Origin: Mobula hypostoma
Taxonomy: Eukaryota
DNA: 64,000 nucleotides
Direction of reading: 5' to 3'
Assembly (NCBI RefSeq): GCF_963921235.1
Contig: NC_086097.1
Span: 119,972,001-120,036,000 of the forward strand
Both the position numbers and the translations under genes were made by a program. Positions 13,873-25,830 of the stretch are shown piece by piece. The notes beneath the pieces are model-generated. The model searched no databases. It saw only the letters and a program-made list of their open reading frames with translations, and was not told where the DNA came from. Each line of letters begins with the position of its first letter. Positions within the stretch are counted from its first letter, which is position 1.

Positions 13873-14060
13873 ATAATTAGTATTTCCTTCAAAATATTTT
13901 ACTGTTTGGAGATATTCACTAACAAAATATTACACAGATTACTCTGTGTGTAATTCCCAATAAAATTGAATAGTAGCCTCACTCTAGTAATTTATTTCTG
14001 GTAAGATGTAACATAGACACCATAATCAAATGTGCATCTTAAGTTAAATTCTAATGATGC

Positions 14061-16750
14061 AGAGGGGAAGGTGTTGCATTGCTTGACAGAGAAAATATTA
14101 CAGTGGTGCTCTGGCAGGATAGATTAGAGGGCTTGTCTAGGGAGGCTATTTGGGTGGAATTGAGGAATGGGAAAGGTATAGTAACACTTATAGGGGTGTA
14201 CTATAGACCACCTAATGGGGAGCAAAATTTAAATGAGCAAATTTGTAAGGAGATAGCAGATATTTGTCGGAAGCACAAGGTTATCATTGTGGGAGACTTC
14301 AATTTTCCACATATAGACTGGGAAGCCCATACTGTAAAAGGGCTGGATGGTTTGGAGTTTGTAAAATGTATGCAGGATAATTTTTTTGCAGCAATACATA
14401 GAGGTACCAACTAGAGAAGGGGCAGTGTTGGATCTCCTGTTAGAGAATGAGATAGGTCAGGTGACAGAGGTATGTGTTGGGGAGCACTTTGGGTCCAGTG
14501 ATCACAATGCCATTAGTTTCAATATAATTATGGAGAAGGATAGGTCTGGATGCAGGTTTAAGATTTTTGATTGGAGAAAGGCTAACTTTGAGGAGATGCA
14601 AAAGGATTTAGAAGGAGTGGATTGGGACAAGTTGTTTTATGGGAAGGATGTAATAGAGAAATGGAGGTCATTTAAAGAAGAAATTTTGAGGGTACAGAAT
14701 CTTTATTCTGCTCTTAGGTTGAAAGGAAGGGTTAAAAATTTGAAAGAGCCATGGTTTTCAAGGGATATTGGAGACTTGGTTTGGAAAAAGAGAGATATCT
14801 ACAATAAATATAGGCAGCATGGAGTAAATGGGGTGCTTGAGGAATATAAAGAATGTAAAAAGAATCTTAAGAAAGAAATTAGAAAAGCTAAAAGAAGATA
14901 CGAGGTTGCTTTGGCAAGTAAGGTGAAAATAAATCCAAGGGGTTTCTACAGTTATATTAATAGCAAAAGGATAGTGAGGGATAAATTTGGTCCCTTAGAG
15001 AATCAGAGTGGACAGCTATGTGTGGAACCAAAGAGATGGGGGAGATTTTGAACAATTTCTTTTCTTCGGTATTCACTGAGGATAAGTATATTGAATTGTG
15101 TAAGGTAAGGGAAGCAGGTAAGGAAATTATGGAAACTATGATGATTAAAGAAGAGGAAGTATTGGCACTCTTAAGAAATATAAAAGTGGATAATTCTCTG
15201 GGTCCTGACAGGATATTCCCTAGGACCTTGAGGGAAGTTAGTGTAGAAAAAAATAGGGGCTCTGACAGAAATATTTCAAATGCCATTAGAAACGGGGATG
15301 GAGCCAAAGGATTGGCATATTGCTCATGTTGTTCCATTGTTTAAAAAGGGTTCTAAGAGTAAACCTAGCAATTATCGACCTGTAAGTTTGACATCAGTGA
15401 TGGGTAAATTAATGGGAAGTATTCTTAGAGATGGTATATGTAATTATCTGGATAGACAGGGTCTGATTAGGAAAAGTCAACATGGATTTGTGCATGGAAG
15501 GTCATGTTTTACAAATATTATTGTATTTTTTTGAAGAGGTTACTAGGAAAGTTGACGAGGGTAAAGAGGTGGATGTTATCTATATGGACTTCAGTAAGGC
15601 CTTTGACAAGGTTCCACACGGACGGGTAGTTAGGAAGGTTCAATTGTTAGGTATTATATTGAATTAGTAAAATGGATTCAATAATGGCTGGATGGGAGAT
15701 GCCAGAGAGTAGTGGTGGATAAATGTTTGTCAGGTTGGAGGCCGATGACTAGTTGTGTGCCGCAGGGATCTGTACTGGGTTTAATGTTGTTTGTCATATA
15801 TATTAATGATCTGGATGATGGGGTGGTAAATTGGATCAGTAAGTATGCAGATGATACTAAGATAGGTGGAGTTGTGGATAATGAGGCAAGTTTTCAAAGC
15901 TAGCAGAGAGATTTAGGCCAGTTAGAAGAGTGGGCTGAAAGATGACAAATGGAGTTTAATGCTGATAAGTGTGAGGTGCTACATTTTGGTAGGACTAATC
16001 AAAATAGGACATACATGGTAAATGGTAGGGCATTGAAGAATGCAGTAGAACAGAGGGATCTAGGCATAATAGTGCATAGTTCCCTGAAGGTTGAATTTCA
16101 TTTGGATAGGGTGGTGAAGAAAGCTTTTGATATGCTGGCCTCTATAAATCAGAGCATTGTGTATAGGAGTTGGGATGTAATGTTGAAATTATACAAGGAA
16201 TTGGTAAGTCCAAATTTGGAGTATTGTTTACAGTTCTGGTCGCCGAATTATAGGAAAGATGTCAACACGATAGAGAGAGTACAGAGAAGATTTATTAGAA
16301 TATTACCTGGATTTCATCTCCTAACTTACAGAGAAAGGTTTAACAAGTTGGGTCGTTATTCTTTGGAGAGTAGAAGGTTGAGGGGGGACTTGATAGAGGT
16401 ATTTATAATTATGAGGGGGATAGATAGAGTTGACGCGGATAGGCTTTTTCCATTGAAAGTAGGGGAGATTCAAACAAAAGGACATGAGTTGAGAGTTAGG
16501 GGGCAAAAGTTTAGGGGTAACACGAGGGGGAACTTCTTTACTCAGAGAGTAGTAGCTGTGTGGAACGAGCTTCCAGCAGAAGTGGTTGAGGCAGGTTCGA
16601 TGTTGTCATTTAAAGTTAAATTGGATGGCTATATGGACAGTAATTGGCTGAGTGCAGGTTGGTGGGACTAGATGAGAGTAAGAGTTTGGCATGGACTAGA
16701 AGGGCCGAGATGGCCTGTTTCCATTCTGTAATTGTTATATGGTTATATGG
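14061..16750 (+). mobile_element. CR1 LINE, 5'-truncated, ORF2 (APE endonuclease + RT) with frameshifts and stops
   Basis: GVYYRPP, VGDFNFPHIDW, SSDHN, NYRPVSLTS, YMDFSKAFDKVPH, VPQGSVLG and KYADDTK motifs; (ttatatgg)n tail. Confidence 0.96.
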
Positions 16751-17152
16751 ATGCCTGAATTACTTGTGGTAATGGTTCTATGTTGGTGTGCAGCTAATCT
16801 TGATTAAAAATATTGTTTATTTATTGACACAAAAGTCAAGAGCAATGTTTCATACAAGCTTTAAAAATAGTATTTAAGTTCATGAGTTACATGAATGCAG
16901 CCTCCATCATGAAAGACCCCCACCATTGAAGCCTCACTCTCCTCTCACTGCTGCCATCAGCAAAAAGGTACAGGAACCTTCAGGACTTGCACCACTAGGT
17001 TCTGGAACAGTTATTACTCCTCAAGCATCAGGTTCTTGAACGAGAGGGGATGTCTTTATTCAACTTCACTTACTCCTACATTGACCTGTTCTGGCAAACT
17101 ATGGAATCATTTTCAAGCACTCTTCATCTCATGTTCTTGATACTTCTTGCTT

Positions 17153-17153
17153 A

Positions 17154-17188
<35 letters not shown>
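17153..17188. repeat. (TTA)n microsatellite
   Basis: Directly visible. Confidence 0.95.
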
Positions 17189-17189
<1 letters not shown>

Positions 17190-17677
17190 TTCATCATTAT
17201 TTTTCTTTTTGTTTTTTTTTCACAGTTTGCTTACATTTGCCTTTTGGTTGTTTTCCCACCTTGTTCTGTACAGCTTTTTCATTGACTCTATTGTGCTTCT
17301 TTGTACTTACTGGGAATTGCCCACAAGAATAAGAATTTTAGATTAGTACATGGTGAAATATGGATATGTACTTTGAAAATAAATTTACTTTGAACTGTGA
17401 AGGAAAACTAAAACTACCTACTAACTTGTGAGAATGTTCGGTAATTGACAACAATGCTGGTGCACATGATATGTGGATAGATCTCATGTAATTTTTCTGT
17501 GTATTATCAAACCTCAACATAATACCTGAAACCACAGAAGACTACTAAGACTTCCTGGTAGTCTAGCAAGGGACCAAAATTGCCTCGTGTTGAACACTGT
17601 CTTCTTGAATAGATTATTCTAATAGCAGCTGAACTTCATCCAGTGTTCATATTCCTGGATGAAAATGTATTTACCAT

Positions 17678-18290
17678 AAGATCCTAAGACATAAGAGCTG
17701 AATTAGGTCTTTTGGCTCATCAGATCTGTTGCACCATTCTACCATGGCTGAATTATTATCCCTCTTAGCCCTATTCTCCTATTTATTTTTGTAACCTTAT
17801 TGACACCCTTACTAATGAGGAATCTATCAGCCTCTGCTTTAAGTATCCCTAATTACCTGGCTTCCACAGAGGTCTGTGGCAATGTCTTCCATACATTCAT
17901 CCCTCTGGCTAAAGAAATCTATCCTCATCTCTGTTATAAAGGAACATCCTTATATACTGAGGCTGTGCTCTCTGGTCCTAGACTCCCGCACTATAGGAAA
18001 TGTCTTCTCCATGTCCACTCTGTTAGACCTTTCGATATTCTATAGGGTTCATTGACATCCTCCCTCATTTTTCTAAACTCCAGTGAGTGTAGATGAAGAG
18101 CCATCAAAAGCTCCACATATATTAACCCCAGAAGCATTCTTGGGCCCTCTTCAATGCCAGCACATCCTGTCTTGTATAAGTAATGCAAAACTGTTCACCA
18201 TACTCCAAGTGCAATCTGAAAGACCTATAAAGCCTTAGCACTACATCCTTGCCTGTATATTTTTGCGTTTATTAAATTAATGCACACATT
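17678..18290 (-). mobile_element. Old CR1 3' fragment
   Basis: Tail at about 17678-17695; LHSLEFRKMRED motif. Confidence 0.78.
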
Positions 18291-18391
18291 CATATTGTTT
18301 TCACACTGTAACCAAGAATGAAAAGAAAACTAGTGAACAGAATTTACACAGTGAAACAAAGACGATGACCTAATATTTAAATGTACTGTAC

Positions 18392-19283
18392 TATACGGCA
18401 ATCCCAAATGACAGTAACATCAGGAAGAAAGAATATGAGAAGCTGGAGAAATACCAGGGCTTGAAAGAACAGATAGAAAGGATGTGGAAGGTTAAAGCCA
18501 GAGTAATCCCGGTGGTCATAAGAGCACCTGGAACTGTGACAGCTGGACCGAGAGAGTGGTTTCAACAAATCCCGGGAACAATATCTGAGACCTCAGTCCA
18601 GAAGAACCCACTACTTGGAAGGGAAAATGTAAGAGCAGATTACTATTTAAAAGGTAAAAAATTACAGCATGCCACTGTGCAGAGGGACTTGGAAGCGCTT
18701 GTGTACAAACCACAAAAGGTTGGTTTGCAGGTGCAGAAGACAATCAAGAAGGCAAATGGAATCTTGGCCTTCATTACTCGAGGGATTGAATTTAAGAGCA
18801 GGGAGGTTATGCTGCAACTGTACAGGATAATGGTGAGGCCGCACCTGGAGTACTGTGTGTAGTTCTGTTCTCCTTTCTCGGGGAAGGATATATTGGCTTT
18901 TGAGGCGATGCAGAAGAGATTTACCAGGTTGAACTAAGGGACTTAGCCTCAAGATTCGGGGCAGTAGATTTAGGACAAAGATGAAGAGGAACTGTTTTCC
19001 TCAGAAAGTGGTGAATCTGTGGAATTCTCTGCCCAATGAAGCAGTGGAGGCTACCTCAGTAAATATATTTAAGACAAGGTTGGAAAGATTTTTTGCATAG
19101 TAGTGGAACTAAAGATTATGGGGAAAAGGCAGGTTGGTGGAGATGAGTCCATGGCCAGATCAGCCATGATCTTATTGAATGGCAGAGCATGCTCGACAAG
19201 CCAGATGGCCTACTCCTGCTCCTATTTCTTATGTTCTTATGTTAGGAACAGCAAGGATGCTGTGTCAAACTCTCAAGCTCCCA
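18392..19283 (+). mobile_element. R4/Dong-type (restriction-like endonuclease) non-LTR retrotransposon, 3' end of ORF, split by a CR1 insertion
   Basis: 18392-18620 encodes AIPNDSNIRKKEYEKLEKYQGLKEQIERMWKVKARVIPVVIRAPG...SVQKNPLLG. The ORF resumes at 19245 as GTARMLCQTLKLP. This is the typical C-terminus of R4-clade RLE proteins. Confidence 0.8.
18621..19242 (+). mobile_element. CR1 LINE 3' fragment inserted in the R4 element
   Basis: KKANGILAFITRGIEFKSREVMLQLYRIMVRPHLEYCV motif and a (ttcttatg)n tail; flanked by ttggaa/taggaa. Confidence 0.9.
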
Positions 19284-19382
19284 CACAGTGACTGGGACCC
19301 TCACGTGATTGTGGTTCCCAGTGAGTGGGCGCTGGTATCTACAACCTCACTCCCTAATTGTCAGCTCTGTGCCCTGCCCCAG

Positions 19383-19720
19383 GTTCGTGCTGATGCATTT
19401 GTGTTGGCAGTACAACCCCAAGATGTGACCCTCCTTCATGGAGATTATTGAGGGCAATATGGACGACCTGGAATCATCCTTCAAAGAGGTTGACTACTTC
19501 TACAGCGAGGAGTGCAAAAACCATGACTCAGAGGAGTATGAGATCGAGGCAGAGAATGTGAACAGCATTCCCCTTGACCCCTCCTCCACTATGCAGCACA
19601 CAGACAAACACTCCAGCCACAAGGAGGAGAACGGGCCCGGCATTGTCCAGTGAGCCAGCTTCGACGAGCGGCAGCCACATGATCAGGGGCAGGAAGAAGG
19701 AGAAGGTGTTGCCTTTGCCC
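19383..19720 (+). pseudogene. IGF1R: Orphan pseudo-exon homologous to the terminal coding exon of IGF1R (kinase C-lobe end plus C-terminal tail)
   Basis: After an acceptor (ccctaat...ctctgtgccctgccccag|G) the sequence reads [21 protein letters not shown]...FKEVDYFYSEE...[41 protein letters not shown] / HMIRGRKKEKVLPLP. This matches IGF1R [22 protein letters not shown]...SFYYSEE...VPLDPS...HSGHKAENGPG...[26 protein letters not shown]. Stops are at 19426-19428 and 19651-19653 (both Arg positions), with a frameshift near 19676. Confidence 0.93.
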
Positions 19721-19881
19721 ACACATGCATGCACACACATACACAACAATGCGCATACACATGCACAAATATGCAGTTGCATATACAGATACACTATCAT
19801 GCACACGTGCACCCACACAGATGTGTACATACATGCACAGGCAGGCCCCCATACAAGAAGTCACACACACACACGTACACA

Positions 19882-19928
<47 letters not shown>

Positions 19929-20125
19929 GTGTGCACACATACTCATGCACTAATATGCACATGCATACATAGATGCACTCGCATGCATAAATGCACCCAC
20001 ACAGACACGTACACACATGCAGACAGGCAGGCAAGCGTACCGGAAGACAGACACATGAACACAGAGATATGTGGGCACGCACACACACATACGCAGACAC
20101 ACAGACATGTGCATGCTGTACTGCA
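19721..20125. repeat. Degenerate CA/CACG-rich microsatellite with a pure (CA)n core near 19885-19926
   Basis: Directly visible; it generates the spurious HTHT/VCVC ORFs. Confidence 0.97.
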
Positions 20126-20394
20126 TATCTCTGCCACACCCTGTGTGGAAAAAACTTGCTTCTCAGGTCCCATTTAAAAGTTTCCTCTCTCAACTTAAAC
20201 CAATGTCCTCTAACTCTTAGACTCTTTACCAAAAAGACTGAGCATCCATCTTATTGAAGCTGGGCATGATTTTATAAATCTCTGCAAGGCTACCCCTTAG
20301 TTCCAGCAACATCCTTGTATTTTTTTCTTCTACATCATCCTGAGTTTAATCACATTCTTCCTTTGTAGGGGGACCAGAACTGCACACACTATTC

Positions 20395-20685
20395 CAGAGC
20401 AACACGTACAAAATGCTGGAGGGACTCAGCGGGTCGGACAACATCCGTGGAGAGGAATAAACAGTCAATGTTTTTGGCTCAGACCTATCATCAAGAATGC
20501 AAGGGAAGGGGGAAGAAGCCAGAATATGAAGGTGAGGGGAAGGGAAGGAGTACAAGCTGGCAGGTGATATGTGAAACCAGATGAGGGTGAAGGTGCTGGT
20601 GGGGGAGGGTGATGAATTGAGAAGCTAGGAATCGATCGATGCAAAAGGTAAAGGGCTGAACAAGAAGGAATCTTTTAGGAGTCGG
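20395..20685 (-). mobile_element. Old PLE 3' terminal fragment
   Basis: caaaatgctggagggactcagc...cagtcaatgtttttggctcagacctatcatcaag terminus and a purine-rich UTR like the other copies. Confidence 0.7.
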
Positions 20686-21440
20686 CTCACCAGCATCTGT
20701 ACATCTGTAATATGAAATCCCAACTCTTGTACTCAATGCAAAAAAAAAGTATTGATGATTAGCTTTATTTGTCACATGTACATTGAAACATTCAGTAAAA
20801 TATGTAATTGTGCTCAAATCAAATCAGCAAGAATTGGGCTGAGCAACCCACAAGTGTTGTTACAGTTCCAGCACCAATATAGCATGCCCAGAACTCTCTA
20901 ACCCTGGACTGTGGGAAGAAACCAAAGCATCCGGAGGAAACCCTATATATAATATGCACTCAGTGGCTAATTTATTAGGTACACCTGCTCGTTAATGCAA
21001 ATATTTTATCAGCTAATTATGTGGCGGAACCTAAATGCATAAAAGCATGCAGACATGGTCATGAGGTTCAGTTGTTGTTCAGACCAATCATCAGAATGGG
21101 GAAAAAATTTGACCTACTGGACCTTGACTGTGGAATGATGGTTGGTGGCATATAGAGTGGTTTGAGTATCTCTAAAACTATTGATCTCCTAGGATGTCCA
21201 CGTACAACATCCCTTAGAGTTTACAAAGAATTGTGTAAAAGTACAAAAAAAATTCAGTGACTCTCAGCTCTGTGCGGGAAGATGTCATGTTAATGAGAGA
21301 GATCAGAGGACAATAGCCAGACTGTTTCAAGTTGACGGGGAAGGTGACAGTAGCTTTAATAACCAAGCATTACAACAGTGATGTGCGAATGAGTATCTAG
21401 AATGCACAGCATTTGGAAATTTGAAGTTCATGGGCTATAG

Positions 21441-24002
21441 CAGGGGTCAGCAACCTTTTTGCCTCTGCGGGCCAGGTTACGTATTAATGAGCAGACGGTA
21501 GACCAGAAAAATGCCATTAAAAACTTGAAATATGGGAATTATCCATTTAAATACACCTAGTTATGTTTTGCCTCAAATTAATGAATAATGCATGCTGGAA
21601 AATCATTTGTGCTTAACCAAGGATGCCAATTAGTAATCAAAGAACTCAGTTTAGTTGCAATTTATTTCAATCAAGGCATCTTTTGAACCTATTAAAAGGA
21701 CGCAAATAATCTTTACACATAAAACGTAGGAACATGATGCATTGAATAGTGATAAATTAAGTATAATGAAAAAGAAAATTTTAATGCAAACAGTTGATAA
21801 ATCAATGTGAAACTTGATACTGTTTGTTGCTTGAAAGCTTCTCAATATTGGGTGTCAGACTTGTTGATGCCGAGAGCAAGACAATATCCAGATAGGCATT
21901 AGTCAATCTTGTTCTCAAATGGTTCTTGGTCTGCTTCATTTTTGAAAATAATGGCTCACACAAATAAGTGCTGCCAAACAATGATGCATGGTCTTTTTTG
22001 CATGGTCCACTAAGTTAGGATACTTCCCACTTGGATGAATATATTTTCAATAGAAGTCAAGCACTGACACATCTTCAGAATGAAATTTCAATCTCAATAT
22101 GTTGTCACACTGCATCTCAATCAATTCGATTTGAAAAAATTCTGATGCAGTCTCCACTTCCACAACAAATGAACTCATTTGTATGCAAGCGAAAAATAGC
22201 AGAATGAGATGGAAACACGAGGAAATCTGCAGATGCTGGAATTTCAAGCAACACACATAAAAATTGCTGGTGAACGCAGCAGGCCAGGCAGCATCTATAG
22301 GAAGAGGTACAGTCGATGTTTCCAGCCGAGACCCTTCGTCAGGACTAACTGAAAGAAGAGATAGTAAGAGATTTGAAAGTGGGAGGGGGATGGGGAGATC
22401 CAAAATGATAGGAGAAGACGGGGGGGGGGGTGGATGGAGCTAAGAGCTGGAAAGCTGATTGGCAAAAGGGATCTGAGAGGATCATGGGATGGACGGGAGG
22501 CCAAGGGAGAAAGAAAGGGGCAGTGGGGGAAGCCCAGAGGATGGGCAAGGAGTATAGCATGAAGAACAAAGGGAGGTATATAGAAGGTCCTGCTTTCTCT
22601 GGCAGACAGAGCGTAGGTTTTCAGCAAAACGGTCTCCCAGCCTGCGTCAGGTCTCGCAAATATATAGAAGGCTTCTATATATTGGCGAGACCTGACGCAG
22701 GCTGGGAGACCATTTTGCAGAAAACCTACGCTCTGCCCACCAGAGAAAGCAGGATCTCCCAGTGGCCACACATTTTAATTCCATGTCCCATTCCCATCCT
22801 GATATGTCTATCCACGGCCTACTCTACTGTCAAGATGAAGCCATACTCAAGTTGGAGGAACAACACCTTATATTCCATCTGGGTAGCCTCCAGCCTGATG
22901 GCATGAACATTGACTTCTCTAACTTCCGTTAATGCCCCACCTCCCCTTCCTACCCCATCTGTTATTTATTTATCTATTATTATTATTATTATGTTTATTT
23001 TTTTCTCTCTCCTTTTTCTCCCTCTGTCCTTCTCACTATACTCCTTGCCCATCCTCTGGGCTTCCTCCCTGCCCCTTTCTTTCTCCCTAGGACTCCCGTC
23101 TGTCCCATGATCCTCTCATATCCCTTTTGAAAATCAACTTTCCAGCTCTTAGCTCCATCCCTTTCCCCTCCTGTCTTTTCCTATCATTTCGGATCTCCCC
23201 CTCCCCTTCCCACTTTCAAATCTCTTACTATCTCTTCTTTCAGTTAGTCCTGACGAAGGGTTTCAGCCCAAAATGTTGACTGTACCTCTTCCTATAGATG
23301 CTGCCTGGTCTACTGTGTTCACCAGCAATTTTTAAAATGAGATGAAAACTCTTTTCTCAATTCTTGGACCATATTCACAAAAATGTCTGAATCTTGTGCT
23401 TTACTTTTTTGAAAAGTGGGAAAATGTGCACAATCTCCTTTTTGAAGCTGGTACAATTTTGGCTTTCTTTCCACTATGGCGGGTCATTTTCTAGGCAAAT
23501 GAGACAAACTGGTTTCCCACCTTGCTCGATGAAGAAGTAATCTAGTGTCCAAGTGTCTTGGAAATTTCGGCACTCAGTGTCAATCTTCCTGCGTTTTGCA
23601 TTCATTGCCATTGGAATTTTTTTCTTCGATTTTATTTAGAAACGCGAGTTATTCAACAGCTATCATAGCACATTTAAATATCTGGATATTCAGCATGGAT
23701 TTCTTGTTAAAACACAGTGATGCTGTTTCTGTTTACATATTTGAATGATCCCATCTGAAAATCTACGCGTGCACGGAGAGTATCTAATACATATTAATAA
23801 GGTAGTCTGCCTTCCCGTCATTCATATATACCAGTGTTTGGTTTTGAAAAAAACTGAACCTGGGGTTAGTGTAACAAGACGCCATGCATGTCCATCTGTG
23901 TGGTCGCGTGAAACACTCAGAATAAGGAAAAATCATTCGCGGGCTGGATAACCATAGTATCCCAATATTTTCTCGCGGGCCAGATTTGGTTGCCTACCCC
24001 TG
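21441..24002 (-). mobile_element. hAT (Charlie/Buster-type) DNA transposon, internally deleted
   Basis: TIRs caggggtcagcaacc / ggttgcctacccctg and a perfect 8-bp TSD ggctatag (21433-21440, 24003-24010). Transposase C-terminus on the minus strand at about 21805-22200: FQIELIEMQCD...ASLFGSTYLCEPLFSKMKQTKNHLRTRLT. Confidence 0.93.
22213..23334. mobile_element. PLE insertion with inverted (tail-out) termini and an internal fold-back, nested in the hAT element
   Basis: About 22255-22560 is the reverse complement of about 23035-23334. GIY-YIG C-terminal half at 22672-22932. Flanked by aatgagatg(g/a)aaac (22203-22216, 23336-23349). Hammerhead motifs at 22311-22346 (-) and about 23246-23281 (+, degenerate). 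Confidence 0.9.
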
Positions 24003-24854
24003 GGCTATAGGAAGAAAGACCATAAACATACACTCCATGCCCACTTTATTAGGTACAGGAGGTATTTTTTATCCCTTATTCACTACATCAGTCATTCAGG
24101 CATTGAGTTCAATCAAACTTGTAAAAACAGAAATCAAGAGAAGAAAAAGTGCAGTAAAATAATTCTAAAGAACTTTTTATTCATGATTGGGAAGCTAAAT
24201 TTATTTTTGAGAAGCTAATACTCAATAGATTCCAATCTTTTTTCTTTCATATACTGTAGAGGTGGTTTCCAATTTAACAAGAATTGAATGAAAATAAATG
24301 GATTTAAAATTTCGAAAAAGGTTCTGATTGCTTTAGACTTAAAGGTGATAACGGTAGCATCCATCATCAAGGACCCCAACCATTCAGGATTGCCCTCTCC
24401 TTAATACTACCTTCAGAGACTGGATACAGGAGTCTGAAGACACACAGTCAAAATTTTAGGACCAACTTCTTCCCCTTCACAATCAAATTTCCGAATAGAC
24501 CTCAAAACCATGAACACTACCTCACTTTTTGCTCTTTTTTGCACTACTTATTTAATTTTATATATAGTTTTTATTGTAATTTATAATAGTTTTAAAGTAT
24601 TGCACTGTACTGCTGCTGCAAAACAACATTTCACAACATGATTCTGAGACAATACAAACAGTTTATCAAATCCTCATTAATATTTTATCTTCCAGCAGTG
24701 CATTAAGCTGGTCGAAGCAAAAGGCTGTATTTCAGTGAAAAGAAACATATATTGTTTTTGTACTAGAAGAAGATATTAAATATCTTAAATACTATATTGG
24801 GTTAAAGGATCAGGGAGCAAGTAATTTGCTGAGGAGACAGAAAGCAGCATTATG

Positions 24855-24859
<5 letters not shown>

Positions 24860-24888
<29 letters not shown>
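24860..24888. repeat. (TA)n microsatellite
   Basis: Directly visible. Confidence 0.95.
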
Positions 24889-24891
<3 letters not shown>

Positions 24892-25666
24892 GATTCACGG
24901 TTTAGAAAGTAATAAGTAATCTCTAGTTGATCTAAAATTGTGCAAAATTGAAGATTTGAAATAAGAACAGAAAATGTTAAAGAATGCTCAGCAGGTCGAG
25001 CAGCATCAGTGGAGAAAGAACTTCCGTTACATTTTCAGATTGATCTTTCATCAGAAATGGATATATCCAGCATTTTCTCTTTTTAACATCTAGCTGACCT
25101 CCAGAATCCCATGATGCATAGCTAAGTGAGTCTCATCTTTGCTTATGCTTTTTGCTGATGGGAAACGTTTTGGCGAGCCAGAAAGTAAGACACCTTCAGG
25201 TACTTTTTGACATGTTCAAGTAGTAGCAAAGGAGGCCCAAACAAATGTTCTTAATTTAGGGTAGGAACTCATGTTAGTATTGGCATTCCAAACATTAAGC
25301 TGGCAATGAATATTGCTCTGTAAAAATTCTTGTACTCAGAGCACCCCTTAGAAATCAAACAATAAATCAACCAAATATATTAGAGCTGAACCAACTTTGG
25401 AATACCAAATAGTGTATAAAACTTATTGTAATTAGCTGTAGAGGATTAGGTGTGCGGTTGTTTTGCAAAATAATGTCCTTTCTAAGCATTATTTGTTAGT
25501 AAGGTCTAACTTTATGAGACTTTGAATCACTTTACCAATGCCCGATTTGTACCTTTAGGTAGCTATGTCTTCAAAGAATAGTGCTCAGAGCAACAGAAGC
25601 AAATGTTTGTGTTCATTTATACTGTATGTATGTTAATGAGAAACCTAACATTTAATGCTCCTTTCT

Positions 25667-25830
25667 AAAAGTTGCGGCTGAACGCTCTTCTTTCAGTTAG
25701 TCCTGATGAACGGTCTCGGCCAAAACATCGACTGTACCGCTTCCTAGGGATGCAGCCTGGCCTGCTGCGTTCACCAGCAACTTTTAGGTGTGTTGCTTGA
25801 AATTCCAGCATCTGCAGATTTCCTCGTGTT
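25667..25830 (+). mobile_element. Short PLE 3'-terminal insertion with a degenerate hammerhead (25699-25733)
   Basis: 11-bp TSD tgctcctttct (25656-25666, 25831-25841); same terminal sequence as the other PLE copies. Confidence 0.85.

Larger units (their letters stand above)
20957..24064 (+). mobile_element. Non-autonomous Tc1-like element, interrupted by the hAT element
   Basis: TIR cactcagtggctaatttattaggtaca at 20957; transposase N-terminus (MGKKFDL...); resumes at 24011 with a second TIR copy at 24031-24057. Confidence 0.85.

Noticed and set aside
19438..19653. 71-aa ORF as a functional small protein
   Set aside because: It is only the interval between two nonsense mutations in the IGF1R pseudo-exon.
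19574..20257. His/Thr-rich and Cys/Val-rich ORFs
   Set aside because: They are translations of the CA microsatellite.
21805..22200. GTF2IRD2/ZBED-like host gene
   Set aside because: It lies between hAT TIRs with a TSD, is disrupted, and most of the transposase is deleted.
24696..24730. QCIKLVEAKG after an acceptor-like ttccag, resembling a RhoGAP exon
   Set aside because: The match is very short, there is no credible donor site, and no other RhoGAP exons were seen.
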